The position numbers were made by a program, and so were the translations under genes. From assembly GCA_965649765.1 (NCBI GenBank), contig OZ287754.1, positions 38,316,001 through 38,380,000 of the forward strand: DNA of 64,000 nucleotides, read 5' to 3'. The notes beneath the pieces are model-generated. The model was given only the letters and a program-made list of their open reading frames with translations, did no database searches and was not told where the DNA came from. Below, one piece after another: positions 41,884 to 50,428 of the stretch (positions are counted from its first letter, which is position 1; each line of letters begins with the position of its first letter). This stretch comes from Bispira polyomma (lineage: Eukaryota).

Positions 41884-43103
41884 CTCAATAAGATGGATAT
41901 AAAGATCCAATGATGAAAACTTAACTTTTATATGGTTTTTATTAACTGCTCAGGCTCAAAATGTGTAGTGTAAAACAAACATGGTTATGAATGATTACAA
42001 CAGTTCTGCACTTTGCTTTGTCATAGTTCATGCTGTTTGAGGATGGTAAAAAGTATGCATGCCAACCGAATTAATAAAGCTATTGTACAACATAATCTAA
42101 ACCGTTATTACCAGTTCACAGGAGTTGATATGTGATGAAGACATAACAAGATGTTTACAAAAGCATATTGGTTATTCCTTTATAATATTAGCCATGACAT
42201 TAGTGCTATTAGATCTATTCACCAACAAAGGAATATTTGCAATAGGAAAATATTAATCAGGTATATGTGGTACAGATCAATTGTACGAGTCAATACTAAA
42301 TAGATTCTAATTCATGCAGACATCATCAAAGGAGTTGTGAATTAGAGAAACCTGTAGGAGTGGATATCTTTATCCACATTGTTTCTAAATAAAAGCATCT
42401 CTGACAGATCCCTGTTGGTCTAGTGGTTAGGATCCGGTGCTCTCACCGCCGTGGCCGGGGTTTGATTCCACGACAGGGAGAAGTGCTTCTTCTTAGGTAA
42501 ACTAGTCCAGTGATCATTATTGTTTTTTGACACACTGAGATCATTGAGCTGTGCAATAAATCAAGTTGCCTTTGTAACAAAAACAAAAGTGTTGATTTGG
42601 CCATTATTGTTGACACACACAAAACTGTGGCATGAAGTGTCAATTTAGTGAATGATCTCGACATAGAAACTGGAATAAGGAACCTAGATTATATGTCTGC
42701 AATGTGAACTTCAGCTGAAATGAATGGGTCAAGGCTGTTTCTGTGTATAAGTTTGCAGCATTTAAAATTGAAAATTAATTGATAATCATTGAAGTATTTC
42801 TGGAAGTAGTAAAGTTGTGCTTTAAGTCATCTGTGAAAAGTTATACAACAAATGGCTGATTATTTTAAAATTATCTTTATAACAGTAATAATTGTTTTAG
42901 AGTACTTTTACCTAAAGATAGTGGCAGGGAGTTGAATGTTGAAGTATCTTACCTGTAGTCCAGAATTTTGTGAAATTTGTTAATAACATCAGGTCATCAA
43001 AGGATCTTTGAATGTTTCAATGATGTGTGAAGCTAGACAATAAGTTTCTATGTGTGTATTGCTAATAACAATTGAAATTATATGTTTCAAATGGTAAGAT
43101 ATT

Positions 43104-43177
43104 TGGCTCATGTGGGGATCGAACCCAAGACCTTCGCGTTATTAGCACGACGCTCTAACCAACTGAGCTAATGAGCC
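43104..43177 (-). tRNA. tRNA-Ile(AAT)
   Basis: Consensus allele; 13-bp deletion in the 3' trailer. Confidence 0.85.
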
Positions 43178-43703
43178 CTCAATGAGATGGGTATAAAGAT
43201 CCAATGATGAAAACTTAACTTTTATATGGTTTTTTATTAACTGCTCAGGCTCAAAATGTGTAGTGTAAAACAAACATGGTTATGAATGATTACAACAGTT
43301 CTGTACTTTGCTTTGTCATAGTTCATGCTGTTTGAGGATGGTAAAAAGTATGCATGCCAACCGAATTAATAAAGCTATTGTACAACATAATCTAAGCCGT
43401 TATTACCAGTTCACAGGAGTTGATATGTGATGAAGACATAACAAGATGTTTATAAAAGCATATTGGTTATTCCTTTATAATATTAGCCATGACATTAGTG
43501 CTATTAGATCTATTCACCAACAAAGGAATATTTGCAACAGGAAAATATTAATCAGGTATATGTGGAACAGATCAATTGTACGAGTCAATACTAAATAGAT
43601 TCTAATTCATGCAGACATCATCAAAGGAGTTGTGAATTAGAGAAACCTGTAGGAGTGGATATTTTTATCCACATTGTTTCTAAATAAAAGCATCTCTGAC
43701 AGA

Positions 43704-43775
43704 TCCCTGTTGGTCTAGTGGTTAGGATCCGGCGCTCTCACCGCCGTGGCCGGGGTTCGATTCCCCGACAGGGAG
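43704..43775 (+). tRNA. tRNA-Glu(CTC), fully paired copy
   Basis: CGGCG/CGCCG anticodon stem, CGGGG/CCCCG T stem, intact A and B boxes, T4 terminator. Confidence 0.93.
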
Positions 43776-44342
43776 AAGTGCTTCTTTTAGGGTAAACTAG
43801 TCCAGTGATCATTATTGTTTTTTGACACACTGAGATCATTGAGCTGTGCAATAAATCAAGTTGCCTTTGTAACAAAAACAAAAGTGTTGATTTGGCCATT
43901 ATTGTTGACACACACAAAACTGTGGCATGAAGTGTCAATTTAGTGAATGATCTCGACATAGAAACTGGAATAAGGAACCTAGATTATATGTCTGCAATGT
44001 GAACTTCAGCTGAAATGAATGGGTCAAGGCTGTTTCTGTGTATAAGTTTGCAGCATTTAAAATTGAAAATTAATTGATAATCATTGAAGTATTTCTGGAA
44101 GTAGTAAAGTTGTGCTTTAAGTCATCTGTGAAAAGTTATACAACTAATGGCTGATTATTTTAAAATTATCTTTATAACAGTAATAATTGTTTTAGAGTAC
44201 TTTTACCTAAAGATAGTGGCAGGGAGTTGAATATTGAAGTATCTTTCCTGTAGTCCAGAATTTTGTGAAATTTGTTAATAACATCAGGTCATAAAAGGAT
44301 CTTTGAATGTTTCAATGATGTGTGAAGCTAGACAATAAGTTT

Positions 44343-44494
44343 GTAAGCGAACGCCCTCAGCGTTCGTGGCCTCAGTTCTGGGGGCCCAGCCTGTTCTACT
44401 ATTATGGGATGGTGTACGACTATATAAGGCTCTCCTTTTCAAATTCTTCCGCCTTTATCGTTTCGTCAGCAGAGCAACAACTAGTTTAAAATTC
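44343..44494 (+). repeat. Split direct repeat A1 (152 bp)
   Basis: Matches 49548-49699 with one difference (CTTCC vs CTCCC). Confidence 0.95.
44421..44427 (+). promoter_or_regulatory. Candidate TATA box in repeat A
   Basis: TATATAA followed by a pyrimidine-rich stretch, ~155 bp upstream of the gag ATG; position-based inference. Confidence 0.5.
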
Positions 44495-44577
44495 TGTTTG
44501 GGTGACATTTTGTTTACATTTTGTTTATGGTGTATGTTTTATAATTTACAATATTTTAGTTGAAACACCATCTAGTC

Positions 44578-45648
44578 ATGCCTGTCTATGATTGTAGTCG
44601 CTGCTTAACCAAACATGAGCGTCCTGTCGGGCGAAATTGCGTTATTGCAGAAGTTTCTGACTCTGTCTCTGGGGAGGAGATCGATGCTGCTTCAGCCACT
44701 GAACCCGCGAACGGTGAGTCAGGCGATACAGTTACCAACGCTATATTACTTCAACTGCACTCGATGAATGAATTAATGGTCAAAATGGACCAGCGGGTTC
44801 AGAGGAATGAGGCAGCATTGGCGGCGAACCTTACCAGTAGTCAGGCAAGTCATCAGGTCCCCGTTCAGGCAAGTAATAGTTTGTTGAATTCTAGTGTTGT
44901 CAGGCCTGCTAGTTGCTCTGCTGACGTAGGTAAAAGCCCATCTATCGCTACGTCCGACAGTATAATTCCTGCCATGGAATTTTTAAACCAGAATGCCCTA
45001 ATACAGCTCCAAGTGGAGCAGAGATTGAAAGATCTGAAAACGTTGAATGAAACCACCTCGCAAGGTAAACTGAAATCCCAGCGTAGTGGGGCGAATGAGG
45101 TATTGGTAAAGAAGGTCACCGCCTGGCCTCAAAATTATGTGCTGACGGGTAGTTCGAAGTCTCGGCCTAGCTACGATGAGTTAACCGTGTTGCAATGGGT
45201 GTGTGGTTTCGCTCGGATCGCTCACGAAGAAAAGTCGAGCGAAGTGAAGAATGCCATGCTGGATTACATGGGGGGTCTTATGGAGGACGCCCAGGATTTC
45301 TCTTGGGAGTCAGCTAAGGCCTGCCATGCAGTCGTATTGACCAGCATGGAGATGGATAAGCTAGGTTGGCTAGAGGTAGATAAAATGGATCGAATTCGAA
45401 GAGCCCATGCTCAGCGCCATGTGTCGAACAGTAGAAATTCCTCTGGGGTTAGTGGACGGCTGGGTAACTTTAGTAGCAGTAAATCTGGCGGTCGCAAAGG
45501 TGCAATGTCTTGTCGCTTTTATCAGGAAGGAAATTGTAGATTTCCCAGCTCGCACAATACTGGAGGTCAGTTCTATAGACATCATTGCGAGACGTGCGAG
45601 GGCAGCCATAAGACTAGTGAATGTCATAAGAAAGGGGCAAAAAACTGA
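44578..45648 (+). CDS. gag: Gag-like protein, 356 aa from the first ATG
   Basis: First ORF of the element; N-terminal C-x2-C-x3-H-x7-C motif, coiled-coil-like segments, C-terminal Cys/His cluster CRFYQEGNC...HHCETCEGSHKTSEC. Confidence 0.85.
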   Translation: MPVYDCSRCLTKHERPVGRNCVIAEVSDSVSGEEIDAASATEPANGESGDTVTNAILLQLHSMNELMVKMDQRVQRNEAALAANLTSSQASHQVPVQASNSLLNSSVVRPASCSADVGKSPSIATSDSIIPAMEFLNQNALIQLQVEQRLKDLKTLNETTSQGKLKSQRSGANEVLVKKVTAWPQNYVLTGSSKSRPSYDELTVLQWVCGFARIAHEEKSSEVKNAMLDYMGGLMEDAQDFSWESAKACHAVVLTSMEMDKLGWLEVDKMDRIRRAHAQRHVSNSRNSSGVSGRLGNFSSSKSGGRKGAMSCRFYQEGNCRFPSSHNTGGQFYRHHCETCEGSHKTSECHKKGAKN

Positions 45649-45668
45649 GGGGCCACTGCGTAGATGCA

Positions 45669-48068
45669 GTGGCTAAAAGGGGTGAGCGAAAAAGTAGGTT
45701 TGTTTATAACACTAAGTTTAAGGATGTACAGTTATTTGAGAGGTCTGTGTGTCAGAAAATGTGTCAATATGTGAAGGGCACCAGACCAGGCTTGAGCTAT
45801 AGCCAGGCGTTGCAAAAGAATGGCCCTGTTCAAAAGTGTGGGTGTGTAAATAGAAGTATTAATTATGTACAGGTAAAACAGGCAAGGCTTGACAAGAGTA
45901 AGGTGAATGTATTACCTAATAAAAGTGACACCTTGGTGAGGCCCTTTGGTACCTCTGTGAGCCAATTGACACCCATTGTGAAGCCGGACTTGTGTGCGAA
46001 ACAAGACAAGGTGAGAACAAAGGAGGTCAATTGTTCGAGATTGAATGGGGGCGAAGCGCAGCGGGTCAATGGGGGTGTGGCTGACCTCCCTCTTGCTAAC
46101 AAGTATGCAGCTTTAATGTCGCTGCCGGTCGATGATAGTGTAAAGATTGAAGAGCCCGTTCGCTTCCTTTCTGTTACTAGTGACAAGCCCATGAACCGAG
46201 GCAAGGGGAGGAGTAAAACTGCTTCCGAAGATAGCCCGGAAAGTTCCGAATGTCCCGATAAATACTCCTGTGCTTTGAAGCAGAAAGTAAATAAGAAAGG
46301 CCTGTTAGTTAAGGCTGCCTCAAATCCTACTTACAGAAAATGGCAAGCTCAAAGTCAATATCCTTATGGATTCACGCCTCTCTCTGCTCTGGGCTGTGAG
46401 ATTGCAGATCATGGTGGGGGAGGGCCCGAACTTTCCATATTGGAAATGCATGACTTAATTCGGGCTGATGGGAGACACAATTATGAAGGGTTGCAAATCC
46501 CTGTTCCCTCTCAATTAAGACCCGAGAGTTGGAAAAAATACCTTAAAAATTACTGGGATTGGCAATTGCCTCTCCTCATAAAGTATGGATTTCCCCTAGA
46601 CGTGGATCATTCAGTAAAACTCGAATCCAGTGAGATTAATCATAAGTCGGCGGAGGAACATCCCCAGCATGTAGAAGCTTATATGCGAGAAGAATGTGAG
46701 TTAGGAGCCATGTTAGGGCCATTTGTCAAACCTCCTATTCCGGGCTTGCATTGTTCCCCCCTTATGACGAGACACAAACCGAATTCAATCAACCGGAGAG
46801 TAATCGTAGACTTGAGTTGGCCTAAAGGGGGGTCGGTTAATGCGGGAGCATCTCCGTCATCTTACTTGGGTGTTGAATTTTTATTGTCTTACCCATCTAT
46901 TGATAATCTCACTAGTGAGGTGGTAAAATTGGGTAGAGGATGTCAGATATTTAAGGTCGACATAAGTAGGGCTTTCCGTCACGTACCCATTGACCCTGGC
47001 GACGTGGACCTCCTAGGTCTAAAGTGGAAGTCCTATTATGTGGACAGATCTCTGCCGTTCGGATATCGTAATGGTAGCACGATTTTTCAGAGAATTTCGG
47101 ATGCCGTGCGATTCATAATGCACTCTGAAAATCATAATGTCCACAACTACATCGACGATTTTTTGGCTCTTTCGGTTCCCAGCAAAATTCAAAAAACTTT
47201 CCTTAGATTGCAAGAATTGCTGCAAGAATTGGGGTTGACAGTAAGTCAGAAAAAATTGGTTCCTCCCAGCACACAGGTTGTCTGCCTGGGAATAGTAGTG
47301 GATACCATTCGAGGTACTACCTCCATCCCGGTTGAAAAATTAAGTGAAATTAAAGATAAGTGTCAGGAATGGAGATCTAAGAAATTTTGCACTAAGAGAG
47401 AGCTCCAGTCTTTACTTGGCTTGTTATTATATATTTCTAAATGTGTAAAGTATGCTCGTGTTTTTTTGAATAGGATGCTCGAGTTGTTAAGAGATAATTA
47501 CGCCAGAAAGTACATTACCATCACCCCTGCATTCAGGCGTGACTTAAACTGGTTCACCACTTTTGCAGAACAGTTCAATGGAGTTTCTTTTTTCATGCCT
47601 AAGCCCATAACTGGTGAGATTGAATTAGATGCCTGCCTTACTGGAATGGGGGGTATTTTTGAGAAACAAGTGTACCAAATTAACATTCCTCCAGAAATGA
47701 GTGAGCTCAATATTGCTTCTTTGGAGATGCTTAACATCCTGGTAGCTCTTAAATTGTGGATTCATAAATGGAGAGGTCGTAGAATATTGGTCAGATGTGA
47801 TAATCAGGCAGTTGTAAGTGTTTTACAGACAGGGCGCACCAGAGATCCGGACTTAGCCACGTATTCCAGGAACATATACATGTTAGCTAGCAAGTTTAAT
47901 ATTGATATTGTTGTCATACATGTGTTGGGTAAAGAAAATAAAATTGCAGATCTGCTGTCAAGATGGACTGAAACTGACGCCAACCATTTGTCGTTATTTA
48001 GGTTAGCTGGGGCTGTCCAGTGGCTGCCTGCTTGCCAGAGTTTATTAAAAGTTAACTCACTTATATAG
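45669..48068 (+). CDS. pol: Reverse transcriptase + RNase H (probably entered by -1 frameshift at 45639-45645)
   Basis: RT motifs RVIVDLS, KVDISRAFRH, LPFG, YIDDF; RNase H motifs LDAC, LEML, CDNQAVV, HVLGKENKIADLLSR, typical of DIRS-order pol. Confidence 0.95.
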   Translation: MAKRGERKSRFVYNTKFKDVQLFERSVCQKMCQYVKGTRPGLSYSQALQKNGPVQKCGCVNRSINYVQVKQARLDKSKVNVLPNKSDTLVRPFGTSVSQLTPIVKPDLCAKQDKVRTKEVNCSRLNGGEAQRVNGGVADLPLANKYAALMSLPVDDSVKIEEPVRFLSVTSDKPMNRGKGRSKTASEDSPESSECPDKYSCALKQKVNKKGLLVKAASNPTYRKWQAQSQYPYGFTPLSALGCEIADHGGGGPELSILEMHDLIRADGRHNYEGLQIPVPSQLRPESWKKYLKNYWDWQLPLLIKYGFPLDVDHSVKLESSEINHKSAEEHPQHVEAYMREECELGAMLGPFVKPPIPGLHCSPLMTRHKPNSINRRVIVDLSWPKGGSVNAGASPSSYLGVEFLLSYPSIDNLTSEVVKLGRGCQIFKVDISRAFRHVPIDPGDVDLLGLKWKSYYVDRSLPFGYRNGSTIFQRISDAVRFIMHSENHNVHNYIDDFLALSVPSKIQKTFLRLQELLQELGLTVSQKKLVPPSTQVVCLGIVVDTIRGTTSIPVEKLSEIKDKCQEWRSKKFCTKRELQSLLGLLLYISKCVKYARVFLNRMLELLRDNYARKYITITPAFRRDLNWFTTFAEQFNGVSFFMPKPITGEIELDACLTGMGGIFEKQVYQINIPPEMSELNIASLEMLNILVALKLWIHKWRGRRILVRCDNQAVVSVLQTGRTRDPDLATYSRNIYMLASKFNIDIVVIHVLGKENKIADLLSRWTETDANHLSLFRLAGAVQWLPACQSLLKVNSLI

Positions 48069-48102
48069 CACCTGTTAGTCATGTTTTCCAGATATACACC
48101 CT

Positions 48103-49077
48103 GTGGGCTTCTCCTTGATGCAGAAAGCTTGTGACAGACTTGAACTGGCCTTCACCCCTGCCACTAACAGAGCCTACAACAGAATGTTCAGGCTGTTCTT
48201 GGCGTTTGGAGCCTTTATGTCTTGGCCTCCTCATAAGGTGACTGTGTTATATCTCCTAGCTTATTTAGAGTTCTTAACGTTTAATGGGGTGTCGGCGAGT
48301 CTTGTTCTTAATCATCTTTCTGCCATTAAGGCAAAGTGTGTCCTCTTCCATATATCTGTAGATGCTTTTTCTGATAAAAGAATTACCTATTATAATAAAG
48401 CTTTGGCAATGCATAGACCATTGCAAGTCAAACTTAAGTCAATTTTCGACCTCCAGTTGCTCAGGTCTCTCATTGTGAAATGTAACAGCACTTACATGGG
48501 TCAAATTTTTAAAGCAGTTTATCTTGTCAGTTTCTTTTCGTTTCTGAGGCTGTCTAACCTCTGTGCTCATTCGGTTGCTGCTTACTCTCCTCTTAAGCAG
48601 CTTGCGAGGGCGGATGTCCTTTTCAAGCCAGGGTATGCTGTCCTCATTGTTAAGTGGTCTAAAACCCTTCAAAACAATAATGCTGTTCGCTTGCTCACCA
48701 TACCAGCTTTAACCAATTCCATTCTATGTCCGGTTCAAGCTGTAAAAAACATACTTGCTATTTCTCCCAAAGGGAAAGATCTGCCCTTGTTTCAATTTAA
48801 GCAGAATGCCAGTTGGATTCCCCTTACTGATACTAGGGTTCGCAGGCATCTTAAGAATGTCTTACTAATGCTCGGCCCGCAGTACTCTGGCTTGACCTTT
48901 CACGCTTTCAGGCGTTCAGGTGCCACGTTTGCCTTTAACAATAATGTCACAATTCAGGACATCCAAAGGCATGGCACCTGGACGTCTGATTGTGTCTGGC
49001 GTTACATTTCTGATTCTGCTAATGCTGGTACCCAGGTTGCCGATTCCTTCAAAACTATTCTACAAGATACCTACTAG
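48103..49077 (+). CDS. Tyrosine recombinase (lambda-integrase family); first ATG at 48118
   Basis: Catalytic residues FLRLSN (R), WSKT (K), HAFRR (H-x-x-R), GTW (W), WRY (Y); N-terminal T...Y..F..F core-binding-like helices. Confidence 0.95.
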   Translation: MGFSLMQKACDRLELAFTPATNRAYNRMFRLFLAFGAFMSWPPHKVTVLYLLAYLEFLTFNGVSASLVLNHLSAIKAKCVLFHISVDAFSDKRITYYNKALAMHRPLQVKLKSIFDLQLLRSLIVKCNSTYMGQIFKAVYLVSFFSFLRLSNLCAHSVAAYSPLKQLARADVLFKPGYAVLIVKWSKTLQNNNAVRLLTIPALTNSILCPVQAVKNILAISPKGKDLPLFQFKQNASWIPLTDTRVRRHLKNVLLMLGPQYSGLTFHAFRRSGATFAFNNNVTIQDIQRHGTWTSDCVWRYISDSANAGTQVADSFKTILQDTY

Positions 49078-49089
49078 AATTTTGGGGTT

Positions 49090-49547
49090 TGGTGGCATGA
49101 CTGTAAGATCTAGTCAGTTTAACATTGCAAGTACCATATTAATTACCTGTAAACTAAATGAATTAACTGTGGGCATAAGGTCCCCCTGTATTATTAAAGT
49201 ACATATTGTACTCATCTAATTAAAGTTGCACTTAAAACCTAAGTCAAACTTTAATTTGTTAATCTTCAAAGTCATATTTAAGTTTCAACTTAAATCTAGA
49301 TTTCTAAATTCAACTTCTTTATTAGTTAGGGTTACTTAAACTCATTCTGGTTTAACCTAAAGTCCTAAACTCAATTGAGTTAAGGGGACCTTATGCTCAC
49401 ACAAGGTGTATATCATGTCAAAGAACTGTACATAAATATCTTAGTAATAGTAGCTGTAAATATAAAATAAAATATATTTAACCGCAGTATTGTCTTTCTA
49501 TGACTTGTTCGGTTAATTCAGTTTCTCAGGCTACCCCGAGGAACTGT
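49090..49547 (+). repeat. Split direct repeat B1 (458 bp)
   Basis: Matches 50429-50886 with one difference seen (TCTAGA vs TCTAAA); contains AATAAA at 49466. Confidence 0.95.
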
Positions 49548-49699
49548 GTAAGCGAACGCCCTCAGCGTTCGTGGCCTCAGTTCTGGGGGCCCAGCCTGTT
49601 CTACTATTATGGGATGGTGTACGACTATATAAGGCTCTCCTTTTCAAATTCTCCCGCCTTTATCGTTTCGTCAGCAGAGCAACAACTAGTTTAAAATTC
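49548..49699 (+). repeat. Split direct repeat A2
   Basis: Directly abuts B1, recreating the end-to-start (circle) junction AACTGT|GTAAGC. Confidence 0.95.
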
Positions 49700-50428
49700 C
49701 CACCCTCCACTTACCCGTTTTAATTGGAATGTGGCTACTATTAGTATGAATATTACTATGGATGTCTTAAGAAATATTGCATATATTGTTGTCAAATGCT
49801 ACTGTAGTTAGTTATGTATTTTCAGACAAATGGGAGTCAGAATAACTTTGTCAAATGCCTCACTGCCTTGTTGGAGTCCACCACGGGGACCTGCCGCTTG
49901 TGTGTAACATCAAGGGATTGTGTCATCAGTTTGTAGAACAGTCTGGCAGACGAGTGTCTGGGCCGGTGTAATATGTCTGTGGTGGACTCTGTATAAAATA
50001 TTATAATTTACATTATACTTTTATTTCAAAGTTTACCTTCTTTATACAAGTTTACATTACATGTGTCAATTCATTGGATAAGGGGTCGTATTATTCGATC
50101 ACGTAAGGGCGTTCCGGTTTGAGCTAGATGTAATGTAGCATAGAGGGGGCTAAATGTATACAGAAGTTTCTTTTAGTAACCATAATGTCGTACTTAACTG
50201 GGGCGTATACATTATTGTTTAGATGTATTGGGCAGGATGAGCTTGACATTGATTTTTAGTTCCTCAATCATAGTACATGAACTTTTTATAACATTTTACA
50301 TCTTTTACAAATTATTCATTGTTACTTTTGTTATTAATATTTTAAATATCAGTCGCAACTGAGTTGCTACTGGGGTTCTGTTGTACTATGGTTGCGGTTC
50401 TGTGATATGCATGATAGAGTATGCCGGG

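Larger units (their letters stand above)
15033..42480 (+). pseudogene. 22 variably degenerate tRNA-Glu(CTC) copies (72 nt each)
   Basis: Starts with the B-box change TTCGA>TTTGA: 16340, 17647, 18954, 20230, 22844, 24151, 25458, 26765, 28072, 29379, 30686, 33301, 38532, 39808, 42409. Starts with TTCGA retained but stem substitutions: 15033, 21537, 31994, 34609, 35917, 37225, 41115 (31994, 35917 and 37225 carry only G-U wobble changes and may be functional). Confidence 0.75.

Noticed and set aside
49534-49600. Self-cleaving ribozyme at the B|A junction
   Set aside because: No hammerhead (CUGANGA/GAAA), HDV-like or twister core recognised by eye; an Rfam/Infernal search would be needed to exclude it fully.
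44865-49694. Short antisense or alternate-frame ORFs inside the retrotransposon (and their copies at 57.9-62.8 kb), plus the 64-65 aa ORFs in the A repeats
   Set aside because: They overlap well-supported ORFs or the terminal repeats and show no motifs.
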